A stretch of DNA of 32,000 nucleotides, taken from positions 2,220,115 through 2,252,114 of the forward strand of contig NZ_VZPV01000001.1 in NCBI RefSeq assembly GCF_008801405.1, given 5' to 3'. The notes below the pieces were generated by a model, which had not been told where the DNA came from, did no database searches, and saw nothing but the letters and a program-made list of their open reading frames with translations. The translations under genes and the position numbers were made by a program. Numbering within the stretch: the stretch's first letter is position 1; each line of letters begins with the position of its first letter. Origin of the DNA: Ralstonia insidiosa. GTDB taxonomy: Bacteria > Pseudomonadota > Gammaproteobacteria > Burkholderiales > Burkholderiaceae. Shown one piece after another: positions 1-7,434 of this stretch.

Positions 1-733
1 GCTCCTGCATTAGATCGAGCCCCCGGTCGCGTTGCCCAAGGACGTAGCTCTCAGGCACCGATACCTGGTCGAAGGACAATTCGCATTGCCCCTGCAGCCG
101 GCCCAGGACCGGCATCTCCCGCTCGATGCGAAAGCCCGCTGCGTCGGTGGGCACCACAATCATTGAAAAGGCGTGTTCCGGAGCGGCCTCCTGCCGGGTA
201 CGTGCCACGACCGTGACGAAGGTAGCTTGTGCGGCCCGGGAGATGTACCACTTGCGGCCTTCGACGATCCACTTGCCGCTGGTCAGCTCGGCACGGGTCT
301 GCATCGTCGCCGGCACCGATCCTGCGGCATCCGGCTCCGACATGCCGTAAGCGCCGATGCCGCTCCCCTCCACCAACGGCGTGAGGAAACGCTCGCGGAC
401 AGCAGCGCTGCCGTGCCGGCGCAGCATATGTACGTCCAGCGTGGTACGACTGCCGAAGATCGCAGGCCCGTATTCCGAACGGCCTTCCTGTTCGGCAACC
501 GGCAGGTATTCAGCCAGCGAGGCAATCTTGCCGCCGTGGTCAGCAGGATAGAACAGGCCCCATAGCCCAGCCTCCCGCGCGGTATGCGCCAGCTCAGCCA
601 TTTTTGCGGCGGCCTGGGCATCGCCCTGGGCCAGTACCGGCTCGCTCGGCACGATGAGGTCGTCGGTGAAGGTCTTGACGGCATCGGCCAGCGACTGCGC
701 CGGCATGCCGAGATGGAGTGGGAGGGCGGACAA
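1..733 (-). CDS. Acyl-CoA dehydrogenase, N-terminal and middle part. The gene continues past the left edge of the window.
   Basis: My own translation of the minus strand from TTG at 733 (AGGAGA 5 nt upstream; alternative ATG at 706) stays open to position 1. It reads ...FYPADHGG...GAYGMSEPDAAGS...GKWIVEGRKWYIS...MIVVPTDAAGFRIER..., which is typical of ACAD N-terminal and beta-barrel domains. It is absent from the ORF track because it has no stop inside the window. Confidence 0.75.
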   Translation of the reverse strand, partial: MSALPLHLGMPAQSLADAVKTFTDDLIVPSEPVLAQGDAQAAAKMAELAHTAREAGLWGLFYPADHGGKIASLAEYLPVAEQEGRSEYGPAIFGSRTTLDVHMLRRHGSAAVRERFLTPLVEGSGIGAYGMSEPDAAGSVPATMQTRAELTSGKWIVEGRKWYISRAAQATFVTVVARTRQEAAPEHAFSMIVVPTDAAGFRIEREMPVLGRLQGQCELSFDQVSVPESYVLGQRDRGLDLMQE

Positions 734-750
734 TGTCTTCTCCTGCGCGA

Positions 751-2412
751 TCAATGGGATATCCCGATGCCGAGTTCGAGAAACGCAACTTCCGCAGCTA
801 GCAGTTTCTTGTCCACCTTGCCGGCGGGTGTGAGTGGGAAGCGGCGCATGTAGCGCAGGTACTCGGGAAGCTTGTTGGTTTCCAGCCCCTTGCTGCGCAG
901 GTAACCAGAGATCTCGGCCAATGCCGGACGCGCCACGCCGTCGCGCATCGTCAAGCACAAGCACACGCGCTGCCCTAGGTCGGGATCGGGCACCGGCACG
1001 CAGGCCGCGCTCACTACGTCCGGGTAGGCGGTGGCGAGGTTCTCGATCTGGACCGTGCTGATGTTCGCGCCACCACGAATGATGATGTCCTTCTTACGTC
1101 CGGCCAGCGCTAGCCGGCCGTCGGCATCGATAAAGCCAAGGTCGCCGGTATGGACCCAGCCCTCTGCATCACGATACTTCGCGTCAAGTTCCGGTGCATT
1201 GACGTACTGCATCGGAGACATCGGGCCGCGGGCAGTGATCTCTCCCACCTCGCCGTCCTGTACCGCCCGCCCAGACGCATCGACGATCCGAATGTCGCAG
1301 ACGGCGGGGTTGGGGCGGCCCACGCTTCTGAAAATGACGTCGGCCTCGTCCTCCAGCGTGTTGTGGCAATTGACGCCGTCGGCGGAACCGTAGAGGCTGA
1401 TGAAGCGGCAATCGAAAGCATTGATGCAGCGGCGGATGCTGGCTTGATCGATGACCGCCCCGCCTGAAACCAGTGCAGTCAGACTGGACTTGTCAATGCC
1501 GGCCAGCATGGGGTCGGCGGCCATACGTTGCAGCATGGTCGGCACACCGAGAACATGTGTCGGCTTGAAAGCCGAGATCGCCTCGATCGCCTGCGTCGCC
1601 TCGAATTTCGGCAACAGTGCAACCGATCCACCTAGCCAGCACAACACGCCAAAGGTTGCCGTCGAGCCGAAGGCAGAGCCGAGTGGCACAAGATACAGGC
1701 CGCGAAACGACTCGCCGTCGGGGTGCAGTCGCTGTAAAAAACGCCCGCGGCCGCCCAGCAGTGCATTGTGGGAATACGCCACAAGCTTGGGTTCCGACTC
1801 GGTGCCGGACGAAACGAGGAAACGCACGGGATCGTCGGGGCTGACCGGAGGTAAGTCTTGGGGGGCGATGGGTTGTGTTTGCAGCAGGTGATCCAGACCA
1901 TGCCAGCCCTCACGGGCGCTGCCATCGATGATCAGCACGCGTAGCGACAAGACGGTAGGCCGCAGCGATTCGATGAGCTGACACATATCAAGCTCGCCGT
2001 AAGATGGCGTCACAATCACCGCCCGCGCCTGGCAGCGTTTGAGCAGCGATTCGATGTCGAGCCGACCCCGCCCTGGCGGGAAAGGGGCAACCACCGCACC
2101 GAGTGCCGCCGCCGCCAGATCGATGGCGCAACTGTGCCAGGTGTTCGGCAACTGGTAAGCCACCACGTCGCCAGCGACGATGCCGCGCGCTTTCAGGCCA
2201 GCTGCCAGCCGCAGCGTTCCGTCGAGCAGTTCACCGTAGCTCACGCTGCCAGCAGGCGACAGCACAGCAGTTTTGCTGGGATTGCATTCGGCATGCTGAC
2301 GGAACATCTCAAAAACAGAGCGGTTCGGGTACAGGCCCCGCCGCGCCCATTCGCGGCGCAGGCCGCCAGGAACCAGATCGATGATGCCGGCAGCGTTCAT
2401 TGAAAGCTCCAA
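751..2412 (-). CDS. AMP-dependent adenylating enzyme / acyl- or aryl-CoA synthetase (ANL superfamily, EntE/DhbE-like). Candidate thioacid-cassette ligase.
   Basis: 553-aa ORF with ANL core motifs: SSGTESEPK (A3), YGSADG, HTGDLG, GRKKDIIIRGGANIS, and C-terminal PLTPAGKVDKKLL. Its start overlaps the stop of the upstream CoA-transferase gene. Confidence 0.85.
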   Translation of the reverse strand: MELSMNAAGIIDLVPGGLRREWARRGLYPNRSVFEMFRQHAECNPSKTAVLSPAGSVSYGELLDGTLRLAAGLKARGIVAGDVVAYQLPNTWHSCAIDLAAAALGAVVAPFPPGRGRLDIESLLKRCQARAVIVTPSYGELDMCQLIESLRPTVLSLRVLIIDGSAREGWHGLDHLLQTQPIAPQDLPPVSPDDPVRFLVSSGTESEPKLVAYSHNALLGGRGRFLQRLHPDGESFRGLYLVPLGSAFGSTATFGVLCWLGGSVALLPKFEATQAIEAISAFKPTHVLGVPTMLQRMAADPMLAGIDKSSLTALVSGGAVIDQASIRRCINAFDCRFISLYGSADGVNCHNTLEDEADVIFRSVGRPNPAVCDIRIVDASGRAVQDGEVGEITARGPMSPMQYVNAPELDAKYRDAEGWVHTGDLGFIDADGRLALAGRKKDIIIRGGANISTVQIENLATAYPDVVSAACVPVPDPDLGQRVCLCLTMRDGVARPALAEISGYLRSKGLETNKLPEYLRYMRRFPLTPAGKVDKKLLAAEVAFLELGIGISH

Positions 2413-4265
2413 GGAGAATTGACGCGCGTATAAGACCCGGGCACCAGGCCGGCAGCCAACCGGGGGTTGTCACGCAGTTCGCTCAAGTCATCCGGCGCGA
2501 GTGAGGCGGGAATACCGAGTGGTTCGAGCACGGCGAGCCATTCCGATGCAGTTTTCGACGACAACGCCTCGGGCAGACGGGCATGCAGTTCTGTTGCAGA
2601 TACGTCCCTACTGAGGCCGGCGGCGCCTGCTAGGGCAGCCATCGTCCGCGCATCCGGGCAATCGAGCGCGAGCCAGCCTTGGCGCGTCGGGTAGACCGCT
2701 TGCAAGACGCTGTCCGACGGCAGTGTTTCCCGCGAATGGAGCAGTGCATCCAAATCCTCAGTGCAAAGCAGGCTTGCCGCGCCCAGCAGCGACGACTCCA
2801 TGCGCAGTCCTGCAGGCAGCAACGATCGGCTCAGTAGCGCAGCGGTCACGCCTTGCGCGGCGACGGCTCCGCCCAGTACATCCAGCACGGTGAAAAGCGA
2901 TCCACCATCGGTGTGGGAGGCGCGGGCGATCTTGTGTGCGATACCGGAATAAGCCTGCACCACGAAATCGGTGCCGGGCAACGCCTGCTCGCCATCACCC
3001 CAGCCACCGGCGTATGCATACACCAGAGCCGGATTGATGCGCCGTAAATCTGCCGAATCGAGTTGCAATGCAGCGGCTTTGCCGGGCGCCCAGTTGTGCA
3101 GGAACACGTCTGCCTCTCTCGCAAGTGCGTGAATCTCGGCACGGCCATGCGCTGCCTTGATGTCGATCTCGCGCACGATTTTCGATCGGTTGAGGGCATC
3201 GAAGCGGGCGGATACACCCTCGGCTATTGGCGGTACGCCGCGCAACGGATCGCCGCCCGGAGGCTCGATGCGGATCACGGTCGCGCCGAGCATTGCCAGC
3301 AGATGGCCGGCCAGCGGCCCCTGGATGCGACGGCAGGATTCAATAACCGTCATGCCGGATAAAGGAAGCGGGCCGGTGGCGCGGTTCGAGCCATAAGGCG
3401 CGGACTCGCCTGTCTCGCTCGTGAAAGCCCATGGCCCTCGCCGCCATAGCGGATGTGCATCGATGTCCGCAGCGCGCTCTTGTAGCGAGCGCACCGGGCA
3501 GATTGCCACACCGGTATGCGCGCAGACCTCGGCGATCCGTGCATAGGGCAGACGCGCTAGCGCGTCAATCAGTGTGGCGGGCAGCGGGGCGACGGCCTTG
3601 GCGTAACGCAGCAGAAAACCATTCCAGCCCTTGCCCGCGCTTTCCATGTCGACGCCGATTTCTGACCAGAATGAGCGCCAAGGCGGCGCATCGAGCGTTT
3701 CCAGTTCGAACACCACGCCGTCGGCCGATACGAAGGGCGGCCGCTCTGTCGTCGAACTGCTGCCGGGCAGGATTTTCTCGGGCGATTCCAACGCGGTTGC
3801 GCCAGCCAGATACTGCCCAACTGCGAGCATGCCCGCCGACGCCAAAGAGGTCGAAACCCGTTCGCAGGGCACGCCTCGCCGCATCCCAAGAGCACAAGCT
3901 AGCGCCCCCTGCAGTGCTAGCGTCGCTGCCAGCGTTGAGACATAGTTCACACCTAGCGGCTGCATTCGCCCGCTGGCACGCCCGTGCACAGACATCAGGC
4001 CACATGCCGCCTGCAAAGTGAATTCGGTGGTTGCCGCCGCGCTGTCGGGCCAGCCGCTTATCTCACACGTAATGGGCGACGCATCGGGAAGCAGCAAGCC
4101 AAAGGACAGGCTGTGCCCACATTCCCATACCCGCGGCGCTATCTGTGCCATGCCCAGAACCACGCTCTGATAGTCGAGCGAAGAAGTGAGCGGCCCAAAC
4201 AGAGGGCTAGCGGTTGCCGGCAATCCTGTGATCGTGCAATGAGGTAGAAGCGGCCGCTGCTTCAT
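2397..4265 (-). CDS. Type III CoA-transferase family protein (CaiB/BaiF-like), unusually long, with a degenerate N-terminal half.
   Basis: 622-aa ORF. The C-terminal half begins LSGMTVIESCRRIQGPLAGHLLAMLGATVIRIEPPGGDPLR, the hallmark N-terminal motif of family III CoA-transferases. Its ATG overlaps the stop of the sulfur-carrier gene (ATGA). Confidence 0.8.
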   Translation of the reverse strand: MKQRPLLPHCTITGLPATASPLFGPLTSSLDYQSVVLGMAQIAPRVWECGHSLSFGLLLPDASPITCEISGWPDSAAATTEFTLQAACGLMSVHGRASGRMQPLGVNYVSTLAATLALQGALACALGMRRGVPCERVSTSLASAGMLAVGQYLAGATALESPEKILPGSSSTTERPPFVSADGVVFELETLDAPPWRSFWSEIGVDMESAGKGWNGFLLRYAKAVAPLPATLIDALARLPYARIAEVCAHTGVAICPVRSLQERAADIDAHPLWRRGPWAFTSETGESAPYGSNRATGPLPLSGMTVIESCRRIQGPLAGHLLAMLGATVIRIEPPGGDPLRGVPPIAEGVSARFDALNRSKIVREIDIKAAHGRAEIHALAREADVFLHNWAPGKAAALQLDSADLRRINPALVYAYAGGWGDGEQALPGTDFVVQAYSGIAHKIARASHTDGGSLFTVLDVLGGAVAAQGVTAALLSRSLLPAGLRMESSLLGAASLLCTEDLDALLHSRETLPSDSVLQAVYPTRQGWLALDCPDARTMAALAGAAGLSRDVSATELHARLPEALSSKTASEWLAVLEPLGIPASLAPDDLSELRDNPRLAAGLVPGSYTRVNSPWSFQ

Positions 4266-4582
4266 CTCGCGTGCTCCCTGCTTGCCTGCGTCAAGCGAAT
4301 CGCACGGCTCGACCCGCCAGCGACCGCAGGTAAGATCGTGACAGAGTCGCCTTCGCGCACAGCAGCGTCCAGTTCGCCGGAGAAGCGGATGTCGCTGTCA
4401 TTGACGTAGATATTCACGAAGCGGTGTAGCTGGCCGTCCTGCATCAGCCGTTGCTGGATGCCGGGGTGATAGCGTTCCAGATGCGCAATGATGTCGCGGA
4501 TCGTCGCTCCGCTCGCTTCAACGCGCTTCCGATCGTTAGTCAGCGGGCGCAAGAGGGTGGGGATATGAACGATGATGGTCAT
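4262..4582 (-). CDS. ThiS/MoaD/CysO-family sulfur carrier protein with a 16-residue extension after the GG motif.
   Basis: 106 aa. ...LHRFVNIYVNDSDIRFSGELDAAVREGDSVTILPAVAGG closely resembles CysO/QbsE-type carriers as I remember them. The GG is followed by SSRAIRLTQASREHAR. Start and stop both overlap neighbouring genes. Confidence 0.8.
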   Translation of the reverse strand: MTIIVHIPTLLRPLTNDRKRVEASGATIRDIIAHLERYHPGIQQRLMQDGQLHRFVNIYVNDSDIRFSGELDAAVREGDSVTILPAVAGGSSRAIRLTQASREHAR

Positions 4583-5046
4583 GACATTTCCTTCTCCGGG
4601 GTCGGAGTGGGGGAGGCAATTGAGTGTGGCGGGACGTAGTGATCAACCGTCCTGATCGATTCTTCGACGACGCAGCCTTCGAAGATGCGAAAACTGCGAA
4701 CGGCCTGTTCGCACGCAGCGTCGGTGGAGACAATGACGTAATGCGCGTGCGGCTCGGCGGCGCAGGCAATGTCGTCCCGGCTTGGATAAGCATCCGAACT
4801 GGTATGCGAGTGGTAGAGCACGAGCGGCTCTTCGCCACGCTCTTCCATCTCTTTCCAGAGGCGGAGTTGTTCGAGCGAATCGAAGCGGAAGGCTTCGGAC
4901 GATTGCGCAGCATTGCGCATCGAGATCAGCCGCATGGGGCGATTCGAGCCAACCGGGCCGGCAATGACGCCGCAGGTTTCGAGTGGGTGGTCCTGCCTGG
5001 CCTGCGCCAGCATGGCGTCGATGAGTTCGGCGAGAATAACAAGCAC
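4579..5046 (-). CDS. JAMM/MPN+ metalloprotease (Mec+/QbsD-like), predicted to unmask the carrier GG terminus.
   Basis: 155 aa with ETCG (catalytic Glu) and HSHTSSDAYPSRDD, which is the complete H-x-H-x7-S-x2-D JAMM zinc motif. Confidence 0.85.
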   Translation of the reverse strand: MLVILAELIDAMLAQARQDHPLETCGVIAGPVGSNRPMRLISMRNAAQSSEAFRFDSLEQLRLWKEMEERGEEPLVLYHSHTSSDAYPSRDDIACAAEPHAHYVIVSTDAACEQAVRSFRIFEGCVVEESIRTVDHYVPPHSIASPTPTPEKEMS

Positions 5047-5061
5047 CTTATCCTCCTTCGC

Positions 5062-6231
5062 TCAATAGCCTGGCAGCGAGGGATCAACTTCTTTGATCCA
5101 CGCGAGAATGCCGCCATCTAGGTTCCAGAGCCGGGTAAAGCCCTGTTTTTGCAGCGCTAACAGAACTTGGCGGGAGCGCGCGCCGGATTTGCAGTGCAGG
5201 ACAATTGGGGCGTTTCGATCAAGCTGCGAAGCGAACTCCGGCAACATTGCCCGGTCCTTAGGAATGTGTTGTGCCCCGGGGATGCGCACGATGTCCCATT
5301 CGGTTGCTTCGCGCACGTCGATCAATTGGAAGTTGTCGCCGCGATCCTGCCAGCGCTTGAGTTCGGGCGCGCTGATGGAGGGGGGCTCAGCATCTTGATC
5401 GCTCTGACGGCGCAGGCCGCAGAACGCTTGGTAGTCTGTTAGCGCAGCAATCGGCATGCGCTTTGGATCGCGTCGCAGCGGAATGAAGCGATAGCTCATG
5501 TCTAGCGCATCGTAGACAGCGAGCCGGCCCAGCAAAGTATCGCCCAGGCCTGTGATGAGCTTTACCGCCTCCGTGGCCATCATCGCGCCAATCGACGCGC
5601 ACAGGATGCCGAGCACGCCGCCTTCAGAGCAGGACGGAGCAAGTTCGGGCGGCGGTGGCTCAGGGTACAGATCTCGATAGTTGAGCCCGGCGTCGTCTGG
5701 TGCTTGCTCCCAGAACACCGAGGCCTGCCCCTCGAAGCGGAAGATGGAGCCCCAGACATAGGGCTTGCCTGCCAGCACGCAGGCATCATTGACCAGATAG
5801 CGGGTCGCAAAATTGTCGGTGCCATCGACAACCAAGTCGTACCCACCGAAGATGGACAGCGCATTCGACGCGTCCAGCCTATCCATGTATAGCTGGACTT
5901 TGACGTAGGGATTGATGTCGTGGATCGAGTCGCGCGCGCTTTCCGCCTTCGGCTTGCCCAAGTCGGCAACGCCGTGAATGACTTGCCGCTGCAGGTTTGA
6001 CTCGTCCACCACGTCGAAATCGACGATACCTATCGTGCCGACGCCGGCGGCCGCAAGGTACAGCAAAACTGGCGACCCTAGGCCACCCGCGCCAACGACC
6101 AGCACTCTGCTGCTCTTCAAGCGTTTCTGCCCATCGAGACCCACGTCGGGCAACAGCAGATGCCGGCTATAGCGACTGATTTCCGCCGCGCTCAAGTTCG
6201 CCGACGGTTCTACCAAAGGGAGCAGCTTCAT
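5062..6231 (-). CDS. moeZ: MoeB/ThiF-type adenylyltransferase fused to a rhodanese domain (MoeZ/QbsC-like sulfur-carrier activating enzyme).
   Basis: The track ORF runs to 6363. I trimmed it to the ATG at 6231 (MKLLPLVEPSANLSAAEISRYSRHLLLPDVG, AGGGGG upstream), which matches the usual MoeZ N-terminus. It has the GAGGLGSP nucleotide loop and a C-terminal rhodanese active site HCKSGARS. Confidence 0.9.
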   Translation of the reverse strand: MKLLPLVEPSANLSAAEISRYSRHLLLPDVGLDGQKRLKSSRVLVVGAGGLGSPVLLYLAAAGVGTIGIVDFDVVDESNLQRQVIHGVADLGKPKAESARDSIHDINPYVKVQLYMDRLDASNALSIFGGYDLVVDGTDNFATRYLVNDACVLAGKPYVWGSIFRFEGQASVFWEQAPDDAGLNYRDLYPEPPPPELAPSCSEGGVLGILCASIGAMMATEAVKLITGLGDTLLGRLAVYDALDMSYRFIPLRRDPKRMPIAALTDYQAFCGLRRQSDQDAEPPSISAPELKRWQDRGDNFQLIDVREATEWDIVRIPGAQHIPKDRAMLPEFASQLDRNAPIVLHCKSGARSRQVLLALQKQGFTRLWNLDGGILAWIKEVDPSLPGY

Positions 6232-6235
6232 CGCA

Positions 6236-6433
6236 CTACCCCCTACGCTCATTAATCGAACACAGACAGTCGTCTCCCTGTCCGTGAAGCGGCATGACCG
6301 ACAGTGAGCGCGTTGTATAGAAAGCGTAGCCATGCCACACCGCCAGCGCGGTGATGGCGGCAACGTTGAAGCAGCGCATTACAAGGAAAAACTGGGCGAG
6401 TCGAGACAACTCGCGCCTGGTAGCGAACGGCAT
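6236..6433 (-). CDS. Hypothetical 65-aa protein, a possible first gene or leader of the sulfur-relay operon.
   Basis: ATG at 6433 is preceded by AGGAG with a 7-nt spacer. The stop TAG lies 4 nt before the moeZ-like ATG. GC3 is about 68% by my count. There is one hydrophobic segment (FFLVMRCFNVAAITALAVWHGYAFY) and a Cys-containing tail (GDDCLCSINERRG). I recognise no family. Confidence 0.3.
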   Translation of the reverse strand: MPFATRRELSRLAQFFLVMRCFNVAAITALAVWHGYAFYTTRSLSVMPLHGQGDDCLCSINERRG

Positions 6434-6629
6434 GGTGCAGCTCCTGATCAAAGGGGAACGTATCGGGTGCGCAGCGATGGACCGCGCCTGGCATGCAGCG
6501 AGCAGCGGTCATGTCGCCAAGGGCACGGCCCGGCGTATTCAGTGCATCAACCCGACGGACGTCCCGTTGGATTTATGCTTGCTCTCCGGCAATGAACACC
6601 GGCGGAGCAAGGCCATAGGCGTGCGACGG

Positions 6630-6652
6630 CGTGCCGCTCAAGCAGCGGCACG
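6630..6652 (-). terminator. GC-rich stem-loop after the DUF2946 gene (possible attenuator or terminator, no U-tract).
   Basis: CGTGCCGCT-caagc-AGCGGCACG: a perfect 9-bp stem with a 5-nt loop, about 15 nt downstream of the DUF2946 stop. Confidence 0.3.
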
Positions 6653-6666
6653 AACGCCAGCAGCGA

Positions 6667-7062
6667 TCAGGAAAGCGATGGAGGAGCGCGGGATTGCGGC
6701 GCGGCCCAAACAAACAGCGGGCGCGGCGACTGGTAGTAGAGCACGGGCCGCATGGGCGTCCCGTTCAGAAGGGGAAGATGGAATTCAGCCGCAGGAGGAA
6801 GTCCCACCGCTCCTGCATGCGTGAAGCAGAAAGGGCAATGTTCGGTCGGTATGGACTTGGCAGGCGCGGAGGACGTGCTGCTTTGCTCGCCCTCGACCTT
6901 GATCAGCCTGGAGCCCTTGACCGAGCAAACCTGGACCCACAAGTCATCGGCCCCCTTGGTGGCAGACAGCGCGAAAGAAATGAACGGCGCAAGCGCCGCC
7001 AGCAGGACCGCAAAACATACGATCCAAGTGGCAACGTAGCGTGTGTCCCGGTTCATTTCCAT
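6667..7062 (-). CDS. DUF2946-family exported protein (HCPFC motif), a family commonly found next to metal-related TonB-dependent receptors.
   Basis: 131 aa with an N-terminal signal/TM segment (VATWIVCFAVLLAALAPFISFALSA), ...WVQVCSVKG... and EHCPFC. This matches my memory of the DUF2946 signature. Confidence 0.65.
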   Translation of the reverse strand: MEMNRDTRYVATWIVCFAVLLAALAPFISFALSATKGADDLWVQVCSVKGSRLIKVEGEQSSTSSAPAKSIPTEHCPFCFTHAGAVGLPPAAEFHLPLLNGTPMRPVLYYQSPRPLFVWAAPQSRAPPSLS

Positions 7063-7434
7063 ATGATTATTTTATCATCGGCGTCATGCAGTCGAGCGAA
7101 AACCTTGCTGTCTCACATGCGCAAGTTGAGCCGACGATCGGTGACGAAGATGCCGTCAAGTTAATAGCTGGGATGCTGCAGATGATCTAGTGACAAATTG
7201 CCGCGGGGAAAAGAATGGGATCTGTTTTTACTGGCCCAATTTTATTCCCCACGTCTTCATGCTGCATATCGCCAAACGAATGTGGGTCATGACTTGCTGT
7301 GCTAATCGACCGATGATTTGAGTTGCCTCTCCCATATGGTGTGGGGCAATAGCCTGTTGGCCGTATTTGAGTCAGCGCGTTCACGCGTGCCATGTGCTCG
7401 CGTTCATGAGACGGCGTTGCTGCGATCTTCCTGC

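Noticed and set aside
5062-6363. Long N-terminal extensions in the track ORFs for moeZ (to 6363), zot (to 16296), yjdM (to 22406), MFS (from 23158), DUF417 (from 26685), bioF (to 29979) and bioA (to 31417).
   Set aside because: In each case an internal start with a good SD reproduces the canonical family N-terminus. The extension residues are Arg/Cys/Trp-rich and overlap neighbouring genes or promoters.
7063-7078. Possible Fur box at the DUF2946 start.
   Set aside because: My best manual alignment to GATAATGATAATCATTATC was only about 9/19. It is kept as an unexplained palindrome, not called as a Fur site.
6351-7164. Plus-strand ORFs of 157 aa and 177 aa across the DUF2946 region.
   Set aside because: They are Arg-rich and lack an RBS. 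They overlap, in antisense, the DUF2946 gene, which has a signal peptide and family motif.
7187-7393. 68-aa minus-strand ORF in the receptor/DUF2946 spacer.
   Set aside because: It has no RBS, an odd composition and no hydrophobic or motif features. The region looks non-coding and AT-rich.
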